Below, in pieces: positions 1 to 13,813 of a stretch of 64,000 bases of DNA (positions are counted from its first letter, which is position 1; each line of letters starts with the position of its first letter). Source of the DNA: Camelus dromedarius (Eukaryota); contig NC_087437.1 of the NCBI RefSeq assembly GCF_036321535.1, positions 103,108,001 to 103,172,000 of the forward strand, read 5' to 3'. The translations under genes and the position numbers were made by a program. The notes beneath the pieces are model-generated. The model was given only the letters and a program-made list of their open reading frames with translations, made no database searches and was not told the DNA's origin.

Positions 1-635
1 AGAGGTAGCTTGCTTCTATGTCTGTGTAACAGAATGATTTGATGAAACTGATTTTCGTGTTTTGTTGTATGGTGAGTAGTTTTTGGTGTTTACATTCATG
101 TGTTATAAAAATAAATGACAGTGCTTTTATTTAAAATGATTATGTTAATTGCAATGAGTCAGATAGTAAGACAGAGAATAGTTCAAAACACATATATAAG
201 GAAATGCATTTTACTCTTTGAACCTCACACCCAAAATGTAGCTATGAGATGTTGAAATAAAGTATATGACTCATTCAGCATAGCTGTGTATTTAAGGAGC
301 ATATATTTGCTATAGCACTACCAACACATTTGACAACGATTATATACATTATTTTAATAAAATTTCTATATAGCCAGTGATGTATATATTTGAATATGTA
401 TTTGAAATGATATAATTTTTAAAAAGAAGGAAAAAATATGCATGTATGTTTCTAGGTGCTATTCTACTTCATGGTATCAGTCTGATAAAAGTGATGCTGT
501 TAATAGCGATGTGTTGTATACCATGTGAATTCTCATGTATGTGACAAAAGATGGTCACTAGATGGTAAATGCATTCCGTTTTCTGATGTTTGGTGTGGGA
601 CTAGTGGCAATTTAAGATACCTGTAGAACTTATAT

Positions 636-1630
636 TTCCAGGCATAATGGATAAAGAAGGACTTGCTTTACACTCTGACTTTAAACAATGGCAACAATGG
701 ACAAAACTTATGTCATGATGGATGGCACATTGATTCATGAGACAGGAGAAACAAATGTTGTGAGCCGTGTGATTGCTCGAGCCTACTGTGTAGAGAGTTC
801 CCAGGTTGCAGTGCTGGGATGAAGAGACTGATTGTTTTCTCTTAGTTGAGGAGACAGTGTTTTGAATTTGAGTAACTAGGGGTGATAGAAATCACAGGAT
901 GGGGCACCAGACAGGGCAGAGCTCTGTGGAGAAGAGACAAATTCAAACAGAGAAAGAGAGAGAACACCAGAGTTCATCAGCGCTTTCCCCAGGAGTCTTC
1001 AGTTGAGTACTGATGACTGTATGTGTCTGAGGAGAATATCCAAGGCCATAGAAGGAACCACTGGAATACTGAGGAATGCTGCTTTTGTAGTATGGCCAAA
1101 GTAGTCATAAACTAAAGATTGCTCCCAATTCCCCTAAGTTTAAAAGCCTCAAAAAAATAAAATTGTTTTCAAGTAGCTTAGCAATATCTCAGGAAAGAGA
1201 CCAAACGTACTGAAAGGTCTAAAAATATATATAAATATATAGCTCTCAAAATACATAATTCGTAATTTTTGGCATCCAGTAAAAATTATGAGATATACAA
1301 GGTACATGAAAATATAACCCATAATTGCAAAGACCACATCAATCAAAAGAAACAGATCCATTGTCACAGATAACAGTATTAATAGGTAAGAGCATTCACA
1401 TACCAATTTTTTTACGTATACTGCATATGTACAAGATAGAATGAAAACTGAGAAACATGACAATATAAAAGACTAAATCAAATCTAGAAATTAAAAAATA
1501 TCAAGTAAAAAAGGCATTGAATGGGGTTAACAGCAGATTAGATACTGCAGAATGAAAGATTTGTGAAACCAAAGACAGAAAAATACAGTTTGTCCAAAGA
1601 AAACATAAACAGGAAAAAGACTAATATAAA
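636..1630 (+). mobile_element. Old L1M-type LINE-1 5' region / ORF1 start, degenerate
   Basis: A-rich segment. 'aacagcagattagatactgcagaatgaaagatttgtgaa' reads NSRLDTAE*KICE, resembling the L1 ORF1p coiled coil. Confidence 0.6.
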
Positions 1631-3939
1631 TATAGAGTAGTCCTGGGTCTTTTTCATGCTTTGAGTAAGTGTTGGCCAAAAATGGCTCAGAAGAGGGTCT
1701 TCATTTGTCTCATTAGATAAAGCACAGAAAGAATGTTTTCAGAATGCTTTATATTTCTTCATACTGCGTTTTCTTATAGGATGTCTGGTAGGGATTTGTA
1801 TAAAGATATACTAGAGGAAAAGGATAATGACTATGGTTAACATTTATGGAATGTATGCTAAGTGTCAGGCATTTTTTTAAACATTTCATGCAACATTATT
1901 GTGCTACTTCACTTTGAATACTGTGCTTCTTGCTTTTCAAAAATCTTTCATTTGTCTATAGTTTGAACAAGATTATCATACTGCATAGACACTGGTTACT
2001 AAGCACAACGCTGATTATAATAACATTTATCATGTATCTAGCGGTGAGCCTACACAACCATTTTTTGTTTGTTTGTTTTTTGAACCTACAGAAACTTAAG
2101 TAATTCTTACCAGACATGGGGAAAAGGCAACAAACATTATGTATGGTATATTAGCCAACTTGTACTATGATAACTGCAAAATAAATGACACCAAAATCTC
2201 AGAGACTTTTGATACAGAAATGTATGGGTTTATAAGTAGGCTGCAGCAGCATGCTCTAGACATTAATTTTAATTCCAATCTGCTCTGTATGTTCTAACAG
2301 TTCAGGAAATGAGATAAAGGAACACATCCCATCTTGGTTACGATATTTAAAAATTCCCATGATAAAATGTATGAAGTAAATGTAAAACAAAGTGAAAGCT
2401 GTAGAACAGTATCATTGAATCCTACATTCTATCGCTCAGCTTCAGTCATTATGAATGTTACTTCATTCCAGTTCTAATATTTTCTAGTATTGTTTTCCAA
2501 TAGGTTATGTTTATGTTATAGAGCAAAATATTTTAAATGTTGGATTAAAAAAACATCAGACCAAACCTATGACTTATTCAAAGCCCTGGGGCAACGAAGC
2601 CAGTACTTACTGGTCATTCCATTACTTCAGAGCAAGCAGTGTGATTTAATACTGTGATATCATTATTCACAAGGTAAGTTCAGTTATTTGCATAAATCAT
2701 CACAGTGCATCTGGCCATCTTATAATAAGTGCTGAACAGGAAGGATTTCAGGGTATAACGTGCCTCATTCTTTCAGATCTCTTCTCTTTCTTCTGGTTGT
2801 GTGCCATAAAACCAAAGTTTACCTCAAGATAAAATTTAATTTTTAGATTTCAGTATCCTCCTGGCTTCTTGATCACTTATTGATTTTTTAGTAAGTAGTT
2901 GTTCTTACTTTGCTTACTTTCCACTATGAAGGACAGACAGGAAGATTGGAAATTCAAAAACAATAGTGATCATCCTGTTTTTCATGGTTTCTTAATCTTG
3001 GAGAAAGCAATGAAGTTTTACATGGATTGATAGCTTGAATCAGTGGGATTTTCCCCCTGGCTTTCTACACTGTCCTCTTACTTATGGCTTGAATGCCCTG
3101 AGTGTCAAATATTTTGTTCTGTTGTCTCCAGATTTGATTAAAATTGTTACTTATTCAACAAAAAATAGGTATCTTGTCATTCAGAGTCGCTGACAGTCAT
3201 GCCAAAATTATGACCAGCCTTCTATAAGCACATTCCCTCGTTCTAATTTATTTGCTTAAAGCTCCAATCATAATGAATGGCCATAATAAGTAATAGTGAT
3301 ATAGACATGGGGTTGGGATATCTAATACGGCTTTGACTAATGTATACATTTTGGGAATGTGATGCATAATCATTATAATCCACAAATTTAAAACCATTGA
3401 ATAGTAACACAGAGCTTACGTCTGTATAAAGCCTACAGGATTGGGCCTCTGACACCAAAGTCATGGCATTTGAGCAGGGAAGGTCCTCCTGATGAAGAGC
3501 AGGGTCAAGGATACATCAAAGCCATTCACAAATGTAATGGCAATTACAGATAAATTTAATATATAGGGTTTTATTATTGGTATTATGGATGAAATAAAAT
3601 ATAAATCACATCATCTGGTAATTTAACCATTAAATGTGAAACGTTTTATCATTTATTTAGTAATTTTGCTGTCCAAATAGTAGTTTTTCATCCGAATTTT
3701 AATTTTGTCTTTCACTGAATAGCTTACATATTTTCATTGAAAAACTATTATAAAAAAATTGGCATGTGGTTCATGGGATCATGAGAAGTCTAGCAGCAAT
3801 AAAGAACTGCTGAGTAAGAAGAAAATCGGAGAGTTGTTATTTCCCCTTGAGGTAGAATGCCTTTGGACATCACAGTAAAGCGGATACTGTGTAAACTCAT
3901 ACATGGAACATTTAGCTCTGAATTATCAGATGTTTTGTG

Positions 3940-4170
3940 CCAATTTATTTATCATGTACTTAATAGGTACTAAGCTCTTTTCAAATATTCAAATCATTTA
4001 GCCACCCTAGCAATACTATAAAGGCTGTACATTTATATTCGTTATACAGAGAGGGAAACCGAGGTATAGCTAACTGATGTAATCAACTCCAAAGCTTGTA
4101 GGTAGCACAAACAGGGTGTAAACTTTCCCATCTGTTCTGCAGTCTCTGATCTTAGCAACTATGTTATGCT
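3940..4170 (-). mobile_element. MIR SINE
   Basis: MIR core-like 'ttatacagagagggaaaccgagg' and terminal 'cttagcaactatgttatgct'. Confidence 0.55.
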
Positions 4171-4814
4171 AAAGTAGACAGCACACCTAGGCACTAATAT
4201 AAAACATTCAGGTCATATTCTGAAAACCAGCATTTTGTCAATTATCAGTTAGATTTCACCGTATCTAATTTTTTTAATTCAAATCTTTGAAAGTTTATTC
4301 TGCTTTTGATTTGATTATCATAGCATTATAATTTCAAATATTAAAGTACTGAGATAATATGAAATAAAATGTATAAGGTTATTAAAATATGATGTTAAGT
4401 CAAATGTGAATATATGCATCCGTATCTATAATTGTATATACCTACAACAATCTACTAATGATAGATCAGATTTCCCATCGAGGGATTTGTGACAAAAACC
4501 TGAAAATACTCTTTTCCTCCCTTTTTTCATCACCACCTTCCAAGCCAATCATTCACTTAAACACTGTTGATTCTTCCTGAATGTATTTTTAGAATCCACA
4601 CATTTCTCTTCATCTCCACGACCTCTACCTTTTCCCAGAACATTATTAAGTGCAGTATGTTTCTAGGGGTTTTTACTTCCCTCTTTCAAATTTATTTTTC
4701 ACCCCACAGCAGAAGTGATCCTCTCAAATAACAAATGCACTCTCTTTACTCCTTGGCATGAAACCTTTACAGTCCTTTCCAATTCTTCATAGAACATCCA
4801 TATTCCTTCTTTTG

Positions 4815-5618
4815 GTTTTAATTTTTAACATTTTCATCTACATATAATTTATATAGCATGCATTTTACCTGCAGAAGGGTAAAATTAAATAAATTGCTTT
4901 TTAGTAAATTCATAGTGTTGTGCAATATTCAACACAGTAAATCTGGGGACATTTTCAACATGCCAAAAAGAAATCCTGCCCCTCTTGGCCATTAGCTTAC
5001 AATCTCCTTACCACCACCTGTCAGCCTTAAGCAACTCCTTTTGTACTTTTCATATCTATAGATTTGTGCATTCTGGGAATTACATATAAAGGGAAGCACT
5101 CAATGTGTGGACTGTGTTACTAGGTTTTTAAACTTAGAATAATGTTTTCAAGGTTCATCTATGTTGTAGCTTGTGTAAGAACTTCACATATTTTATTGCC
5201 AAATAATATTCCATTACATGGAGATTGCATATTTTATTTATCCATGTGTGAGTAGATGGACATTTGTGTTGTTTTCACTGTTTGGCTTTATTAATAATGC
5301 TCTTACGGATATTCATGTGTGAGTTTTTTGTGTGGACATAGATCTTTAATTCTCTTGGGAATGCAATTGCTGTGTCATATGGTAACTCTGTCTTTAACAT
5401 TTTGAGTAGCTGTCAGACATTTTATCAAAAGCGGCTGCACCATTTTACATTCCTACCACATGTGCATGAGGGTTCCATTTCTCCACATCCTAGCCAACTC
5501 TTGTTATTATCTGTCTTTCTGTTTATAGCTATCACAGAGTGTGTGAAGTGGCATTGTGGTTTTGATACGCATTTTCACGATGGCTCATGATGTTGAGCAT
5601 CCTTTCATGTTCTTACTG
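4815..5618 (-). mobile_element. L1MB-like LINE-1 3' end
   Basis: Typical antisense L1 3' motifs 'ttttcaaggttcatctatgttgtagc', 'ggctgcaccattttacattcctacca' and 'gatgttgagcatcctttcatg'. Confidence 0.8.
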
Positions 5619-5813
5619 GTCTTCCCTTGACCTTTGAGGCTCTTTTTTGGCAGTCTTGTCTATCTCTCCAGCCACTTCATCTCTCTCCACCTCATATTGG
5701 CCATGCCAGCTCCCGTGAGCTTCTTTCCACTCTTTGAACATGCCATTTTCCCATCTATTCCAAGCCCATGTAGTTCCCATCTCCTCCCTAACTTTTCCTC
5801 TTGTCTGCCTGGC

Positions 5814-5989
5814 CAGGGCTGACTTCATGAGTGTGTGCCATGAACAACTGCATGGAGCCCAACCCTCAAAAGGGGCCTGTGCTGGATTTAAAGTGCTGCT
5901 GTGCCAGTCTTTAAAATTCATAATAATTTTTGAACAAGACCCCACGTTTCATTTCTCAGTGAGCTCCGCAAATTATGCAGCCAGTCCAG
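5814..5989. mobile_element. MER91A-like non-autonomous hAT DNA transposon
   Basis: cagggctgacttcatg...aaattcataataatttttgaacaag...aaattatgcagccagtccag. Degenerate 8-bp TSD tgcctggc/tgccttac. Confidence 0.7.
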
Positions 5990-6249
5990 TGCCTTACTTA
6001 TCCGTCAGGTCCCTGTTTAGACAGAAATGTCTACAAGTACTTGGTCCTCACCTCTGTGGACTGTATTAGATGTTCCAGATGAAATTTATGATTTGTTTCT
6101 AAGTCTTTTGACCTATGACACTAAGGGCTTTGCCTTTCTGATTCATCTTTGTGTCCTCAGTACCCAGTGTAGTGCTGGTCATGTAGCTGTGGTACAGTAT
6201 GTAGTTTAGACACATAGTTATGGCTCACACGGTAAGCATTATGACAAAA

Positions 6250-6470
6250 GTAATTCAGAACATGAACCAGGGCCAGACGGCCTGGGTGTTCTGCCGCTAT
6301 CACAGGATGTAAGCTGTGTGGGACCTGGGCAGGTTATCTAATGTTTCTAAAGTGCCTTAATTTGCTTATCTTTAAAATGAGGATGATATTAGTCCCAATC
6401 TCATAGCAGTATTATGAGGATTGAGGGAACTAATGAATGTAAACTATTTAGAATAGTGTATAACTGTCAT
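6250..6470 (+). mobile_element. MIR SINE
   Basis: 'ctgtgtgggacctgggcaggttatctaa...tgcttatctttaaaatgaggatgat...ctcatagcagtattatgaggatt'. Confidence 0.75.
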
Positions 6471-8829
6471 TTGTTATGTGTGTGAGCTGTTAACCACTGT
6501 TATATTCCACTCCTATATGTTGAATAAATTATTGCCTATATGTGCAAAGAGAAGAAAAGGACCGTAGAACCTAGTAAAGAAACTACATAACTTAAGAAAT
6601 TTTATTGCATCCATTACTCTTTATTCCTTCAAACGTGTACTGCTTTTAGGGCAGATAATTGTGCAAAAGTTCATTTCATGATATCAAAATAGGAGAAAAT
6701 TAGGAAGGTAGGATCAAGCCCAGAGGAAAGAGACATTAATACTAAGAGTAAATACAGGGATCTTGTAAGAAAGGAAGACAATATTTCTGCTTAAATTTTT
6801 TTTGCACAAACTAGTCAATTTCATGATATTTTAACATGGTTTGGGGAAGTCAGTTTGGGTAAATTAATGCCAGTAACCTTTGGGGAGAGTCTGTTTCCTA
6901 TTTTATACATTTAGCAGTTATGCCTTGCTGCTATCTTTGAGTATTTAAAGCTAAGTTTAATTTATATTCAATAGAAAATTAATACAATTATAAATAAGGC
7001 AAGCAGAATATATAATACAAAATATCCTCCTTGGAACTTCATAACATACAATGAGAAACAAAAGAATACACAATCCAAGGGTGCAAATTTATTGTATGTC
7101 TGCATGTGTCTTGGGTTCTGCAAGTGTTCTCTATTAACCTGCCCAGTATCAGGAGATCTTATGTGCCCCAGTCTCTTCTCTGCACCTGCTGGCTTCCCTC
7201 AGTTCTTCCATAAGCCTCCTGGTGGCATATGCGTAGAATTCTCTCTACAACACTACTCTTCTTTCACCATTTTCAGATCCCAGTCCACACTTTGGTTATT
7301 AAGGAACATGCCTCTGACTCAAACCCACCCCTGTCCTCAAGACCCACCTCCAAAATAGAACTGTGATGGTCTGACATGGTATTTTTCAGTTTATTTGTAC
7401 TCTATTTTAAAAGTGGTATCTGTCTTCTCTGTTACATTCTAATTCCACAAAAGATGGAAATTTTTCTGTTTTGTTCAGCATGTATCCCCTGTGCCTGGAT
7501 GCCTATTGTAGAACAATGGCACCTACAATAAAAATTGTTGAGTAACTGATGTGATCCACAATTCTCTCTATTGGTCAATGACTCTAAAAAGATTCAAAGA
7601 TGTGAGTGTGAGGAAGAAGAAAGACAGGGAATACTGGCCACCTCAGAGGCGTTGTGCACTACCATTGGATCCGAAATTTGGCCATAAATATCTAGTCAGG
7701 CAAAATCACAAAAATAAACATGATACATTATGTAATTTCAAATGTCCAAAAATTAAAATTTACCGCAAAATATTTCTGTTTGAACAAAACTCAAGAAGGT
7801 AGCTATCACATAGATGTTTGATTAAGGAATTATTGAAAAGACAATAAACTCTATCAGTAATAATTTTATAAAAATATTAAAATACTATCCAAATAAGCAG
7901 TTCTTAAACTGACCTTCAGGAAAGGCAAAGATATAATATCAAGTCAAATTTTAGAGTTGCCTTTCTGTGAAGGATTGGAATAATAATGAACAGACACTTC
8001 ACTTTCTAATCATCTTACTTAATGTAGAGATAGAACCTGAAAATACTAGATGGACAGCTAATATACCCATTAACCTGTCTCAATCAAATATCCAATGTCC
8101 TAAATGAATCTTCAGTAGGTGGTGAATCAAAGCCAAGATATAAATGAATTTTCTTTCAGAAATGTGTAATGCTTTTTTGTAGCACAAAGAAAAAGATGTC
8201 CTTTGGAATGTCAGATATGAGAAGGAATGTCTTTGGACTTCTGGTCAGAAGCATATTGTGCACTATTACAGAGCCAATGCCAACTCTGAAAATGACTTAC
8301 AGTTTCCTAGGGAATCACACACCTTCCAGAAGAAATTCTACTCTTCCAGAATTTCTGTTAATTTCAGATATGTTACTAACTTTTAAATACCAACATTTTT
8401 TGCTAATAACATGCTACCTTTATATACACCGATAGTTTACTACAAGTCAAAAACCATATCATTTGTAACAGATAATAACTAAAGGACCTGTTTATTTTTA
8501 AAGTGGGCAAACTTACTTTTTAATACTGCAAAAGAACAACATTTTTTCCTAATGAAAGAAGGAAGAATTTGCTTTGCATCATTAATAATATATATTGCCA
8601 CATAATAATAAAGACATTAAATGCAAGTTTTTATCCCATAGTAATTAATAGCTGAAGGATTATATTTCCATTATTCAATTTAACTATGACTTACTTTGCT
8701 TTATCAAAATATTAGAATGTAATGGTTCTGTCCTAAGTACTAGTCCAAGTGACTTTCACATGAAGTACCAAAAAAAGTTCTCACATTTGTACAACTATGA
8801 TGTCAACCTACATGATAAATTCTGAAGAT

Positions 8830-8868
8830 ATAAATAAATAAATAAATAAATAATTAAATAAATAAATA
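8830..8868. repeat. (TAAA)n simple repeat
   Basis: Directly visible. Confidence 0.85.
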
Positions 8869-9399
8869 GTCAACCAGGGATAAAGAGAGTCATGGGGGGA
8901 ATCTGAGATGGATATGTGAAGGCTCCTTAGAGAAAGTACAAGAATGACAGTACAAGTAATTCAAATTAATTGGAATCCAAATTAACAGTATCCAAATTGT
9001 AAAGTGTGCTTATGCAGAAAGGTACGTATAGAAGTCCTTAAACACTGGGCGGAGGGATTGTGGTTTTATCTGTGAGGTGATACAATGTTATTTATGATTG
9101 TAGAGCACAAAGGATGTGAAACCTTCATAAAGTTATCAGAATTAAAAGTTTGCTTTAAAAAAACTTCTAGCTACACAAGAAATAATTTCCGCAGCTGGAA
9201 TGATTTTTTGCTAGAGAAACGTAGGAGATAACATAATGTTGGTAGCTTTTGCAGAGTCAGGGCGTCTTTTTCGGTCATGTTCAGCTTGAATGTGATTGTT
9301 CATTCTGAAATCCAGAGATGCCTGTCAATATCCTTCCAACTCAGCAGCACAACTAAGACTGTAAATGGGGAGGCAGAGAGCAGCTAGATCTATGGAAAC

Positions 9400-10010
9400 A
9401 CAGTTGCTGGAGATTGGAAATGGTAATGCCAAGCAATATGATAAATTGAGATTTCTCATCATTTAGAATACAAATAGGTAAATAAAAGTTCAGAAACTGA
9501 TCCAAGACTGAGGTCGTGGGGCATAGATATGAATTAATATCATTCATGGAAGGAAAGGCAATTGGGAGAAAGAAGGCAGGTGATGCGGGGTAAGGGTGTG
9601 ATGCGTTCATCTGCATGTGCTGGTTTGAGATATACGTCAAATGGACTTGCCCTGCGTGCAATATATCTAATTCTGAAGCTCCAGGGAAAGGGTGATCCTT
9701 GGTGAAGAAGGACTGGCTAGAGATCATGAGAGAAGATGTGGGTGGGATAAGAGCGCCTAAGTGGGTTGTACTGACTGGCTAGAGTCCAGGACAGAATGTG
9801 GAGGTCTGCAGGAAGAGGAGGAGGCTGCAACCAAAATCAAGGAATAGTCAAGAGGTGATACTGGGAGAAAAATCAGTATTACATGAGTGTTCTGAAAGCC
9901 AAGGGATGGCAGTGCAGAAGAAAGGAAGGATAATTTAATAGGATTTAAGGATGAACTGAGGAGCAGTAAGGAAAGGACCAAAGAATACCCGTTTAATTAT
10001 TGAATGGCAG
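9400..10010 (-). mobile_element. L2 LINE fragment
   Basis: Purine-rich antisense L2-like sequence, e.g. 'gagtgttctgaaagccaaggga' and 'gaggaggctgcaaccaaaatcaaggaatag'. Confidence 0.5.
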
Positions 10011-11501
10011 TTACCTTGTAAAACAAATTGGCCATTTTACTTTCGGGTTTATTCATTCTGATTTTCTGTGAATTCTTGCTTTTTTTTTTTTTTTTTTCTT
10101 TTCTCTCAAGTAAATGGGTTTGGCAGCTGAACATCTTAAAAATTGGCAGAAGAGAATGCCCTTCTGTTTGAAAGCCTCACCTTGCTACTTCTTTAACAAT
10201 ACTTGGGAGTTGGGGAACACACTTTTGACCTAGAAATCTTGATCTAAGTTGCATAATATAGCCCTAAGATGCTTTTGTTTGTTTCTTTGTTTTCAAGACC
10301 ATTTTTCAGATGGTAAATAAATTAAGAATGACAGGATTATATAATGATTGCATTCCTAAATAAAATTAAAAAAGCAAGGAAAGTAATTATATTGTGCCCC
10401 AATTAACTACATGTTTGAAAAACAGCTTTATGATAGTCAGTCTTTTGATATTAATAAAGGAGAAATAATTAAACACCAAGTTTTAATGAGATAAAGTGCA
10501 CACATGTGTTGAAACCTATTTGAATCTCAGTCATATAGAAAATTAAATAACCATTATACTGTTTATAATAGGATACATATTTCAATTAAATGTATGATGT
10601 ACAATATATTATTGAACACTAAAACCTCAAATATAAAAACAATGAATTCAGTGATATGAGAGCACATGTTTCAAATGAGTTAGAGTGTTGAAAGTTCACT
10701 GTAGTTCCTGATAGTACAGAGTAAGATTCAATAAGTAAAATGTCTACGTTTTAATGTGTGTGCTATACAGCTATTTAAGTGATTTAAGAAAACAATTTTA
10801 GATATGCTAATTATGTTGTACACAATTCTTATCTGAAACATAATCTGTAGACTATTGAATTATAAGCAATTCCTTGATTTGAATCATAATGTGGAGTAAG
10901 TGATTATTTCTACATTGTTTCCATTGACTTCCTAACGTAGTGCTGTGGTTTTAATAATGTGTCTGTGATGCATATGGTACCCATTGTGCTTATGAGCAAT
11001 GCTGTTGCATTCATTCAAAAATGAAAACTGTAAATTCCTCTTAAAGGCTTTAATTTTCATACATCTTGGTACATTTCCTTACGTGGTGAAATATGAAACT
11101 AAAGTGCCACAGGCATATCATATTCACTGGTAGGTTTTAGCCTGAATTGAATAGGCATTGTCCTTGTTTTGTTTATGTTTGCAAGGAACACAATTGGAAG
11201 CCAACAGAATTCTTCCTAGAAGAACATACTTTATAAAAAGCAAAGAGCATACTAAATAAAAGAGGTGGATAAAATGTATGTGTAAGTTTTTACTATGTAA
11301 CTGTTAGTGTTGCTGTAAGCAAGTGGGCAGATAAAATGGATAAGCTAAAAACAATAAGGTATAAATATAGAAACACTACATTTTTTACAAAAAATTAATC
11401 CAGGTAAGAGTATTTTGTCTGTGATAAATGCCATATGTTTCATCATCATTTGTCATAAAACAAGTGTAAAATGTTTCTTTTCCTCAAATCCATGTAAACA
11501 G

Positions 11502-11652
11502 AGCCCAGACGGCCGTATCGAAGTCAAAGGGCAGCATGGAAGCTCATCGCTGCATATTAAAGATGTGAAGTTGTCAGATTCAGGGAGATATGACTGTGAA
11601 GCTGCAAGTAGAATTGGAGGGCACCAAAAAAGCATGTACCTTGACATTGAAT
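11502..11652 (+). CDS. NCAM2: NCAM2 coding exon (~exon 9, 151 nt), C-terminal half of Ig4
   Basis: aaacag|AGCCCAGAC ... ATTGAAT|gtaagt. Encodes [50 protein letters not shown] with Ig motif D-x-G-x-Y-x-C. Phase 0 start, phase 1 end. Confidence 0.97.
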
Positions 11653-12167
11653 GTAAGTTCTCATTTTGTATTTTTATTGAAACAACTTTTTCTGCTTTGA
11701 AAAATATGAATTTTTGTAGGAAAATCAAAATACGTATGTAGTTCATGTTGCAGTATTTAATGCATAACTTTGGAAGGAAGGTAGCCATTCAAAGGCAGTT
11801 ATCAGAGACATCTAGTGGCAGCTGTGGTAGATTTCACAGTGCTATGTATTTAATGGCCTTGGTATTGCTTATCCTGAAAATTGTGACTATTTTTACGCAA
11901 CATTTAACCCAAAACACAAGATAAACTGAACTATACTAGTTATCAGTAGTTGTTCAACACCTCCTTAGATTTTTATCTTCGTATTTATAATTCTAATGGT
12001 CCTGTGTTTCACAGGTGTAGTAAGAATTTCATTTCTCATTCAAGTTTTGTTGAATTATTTTACATACCTCACAAGTTATTGTATAATATTTTAAATACAA
12101 TACTTAGGATATTCTATTTTTCAAGGACTGATTGCTAACAAAGTACAGTTGTTTTTTTCTTTAACTT

Positions 12168-12262
12168 AAAAAAATTTTTTATTGAAGTATAATTGATTTA
12201 CAGTTTTAGTTTCAGATGTGTAGCAAAGCAGTTCAGTTACACATATACAAACATACATTTTT
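12168..12262 (-). mobile_element. Short LINE-1 extreme 3' end
   Basis: 'ttttttattgaagtataattgatttaca...gtagcaaagcagttcagttacacatatac'. Confidence 0.7.
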
Positions 12263-12850
12263 TGATCTCTGATGCAGTCCTCCTTTGCTTTAGGCTTGCA
12301 AATTTGTTTATTCAGCTTTAATTTGTCTGGAATTTCTAAGTAGCACTTTAACTGCATCCCACAAATAGTAATATGCTTTGTTTCTCTTTGTTTTCAATCA
12401 AAATTAGGTTCTATTTTTCCTTGTGATTTCAATAATTATTTATAAGAATATGTTTAACTTCCAGGTATTTAGTGTTTTCCTAGCTATTTTGCTGTTATTT
12501 CTAAGTTAATTCAGTTGTACTTAGAAAATACCCTTTGTATGATTTTGATTTTTATATTTATTGAGGTTTAAATCCTAGAATATGATCTATCTGGTGAATA
12601 CATAAATTGTACTTGAGAAAAATATGTATTTTGCAGTCATAGAATGCTGTGCTCTATAAATATCCATTAGATCAAGGTGAGTGACAGTGTTGTTTAAATC
12701 TTCTATATCTTTACTGAATTTGTTTTCTTCTATCGGAGTGAGGGTTGTTAAAATCTTCTGCCATGATTGCAAGTCTTTTCTCTCGTTAATCCATTTGATT
12801 TTTTGCATCACGTATTTTGAGGCTCAGTGACACAATACGTATTTGTAGTT

Positions 12851-13349
12851 TGTATCTTCTCTTAGTTTCCTACTGTTGCTGTAACCAATGATCACGAATG
12901 TAATTGCTGTAAAAAAACACAACTATATTTATTATTTTGCATTTCTTGAGGTCACAGGTTGGAAGTGATGCTCACTGGGATAAAATCAGAGTGTCCCTTG
13001 GGTTGTGCTCCTTTGTGAAGGCTCTATGCGAGATTCCCTTTTCTTGTCTTTTTCGGTTTCTAGAATATGCCCACCTTCCTGGCTGGCAGCCTGCTTACAT
13101 CTCCAAAGCTAGCAATGGCAGATTGAGTCTGTCACATCACATCACTTTGACTCTTTCCTTCCTCACATCTTCTCTTTCTCTGACTTCCCTGCCATTGGAC
13201 CCACATTGGATAATCCAGCATAATCTTAACTCAAAGCCCTTAACTTAATCCCTGCTGCAAATTTCCTTTTGCCATGTGAAGTAACATGCTTACCGGATCT
13301 GGAGATTATGCTGTGAATATGTTTAGGGGATCATTGTCCTCTCTCCCAT
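12851..13349 (-). mobile_element. MLT1D-like MaLR solo LTR nested in L1
   Basis: 'ttagtttcctactgttgctgtaac...ctcactgggataaaatcag...cccacattggataatccagcataatc...ccttttgccatgtgaagtaaca'. Confidence 0.8.
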
Positions 13350-13597
13350 GTATGTTTTCGTCATGAATTATTGATTTTCTCCACCAATTTCTGACTCAAT
13401 ATATTTTACCTAATATTCAAATAGCTGTTCAAGTGCTCAGATGCTTATTGTTTGTATACCCTTTCCACTCATGTACTTTTCACCCAGTTATATTTTACGT
13501 GAAGCTAAAATGTGTCTTTTTAGACAGAGTATGATAAAATAGTGTTTTTTTTTAATCCACTCTGTCAATCTCTACCTTATAATTGGAGTGTTTAAAC

Positions 13598-13813
13598 TAG
13601 GAGTTAGAAATAAATGGGTCAAGTAATATGTATTTTAGATTTTGCTAGACCTTATGTGGTCTTTGTCACCTAGAAACCATTTTAAAGACTTGTTGATTTT
13701 TTTTCCTCTTACAAACCATGAAAAAATTTTAAGTCATTCTTAACTGTAAATAATACATATAACAGGTTCTTTGGCTATATTTTGCTCATGGGCCATAGTT
13801 TGCCAACCATTAT
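13598..13813. mobile_element. MER58-family hAT-Charlie MITE nested in L1
   Basis: End motif 'tgggccatagtttgccaacc'. Degenerate 8-bp TSD gtttaaac/gtttagat. Confidence 0.6.

Larger units (their letters stand above)
4510..6205 (+). mobile_element. L2 LINE 3' fragment, interrupted by L1 and MER91-like element
   Basis: Pyrimidine-rich L2-like tracts at 4510-4800 and 5620-5810, plus L2 3' end 'tgtgtcctcagtacccagtgtagtgctggtcatgtag'. Confidence 0.55.

Noticed and set aside
2621..2680. AAG|GTAAGT donor as the end of a VASE-like microexon
   Set aside because: Nearby AGs give exons of 43, 41, 37 or 34 nt. None preserves frame and none resembles VASE.
11415..11741. ORFs 11415-11741, 31130-31432 and 50706-50963 as standalone proteins
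   Set aside because: They are NCAM2 exons plus in-frame intron read-through, and similarity stops at the splice sites.
12587..12811. Active L1 endonuclease/ORF2 (also 54466-54829)
   Set aside because: These are short fragments with stops and frameshifts, interrupted or 5'-truncated.
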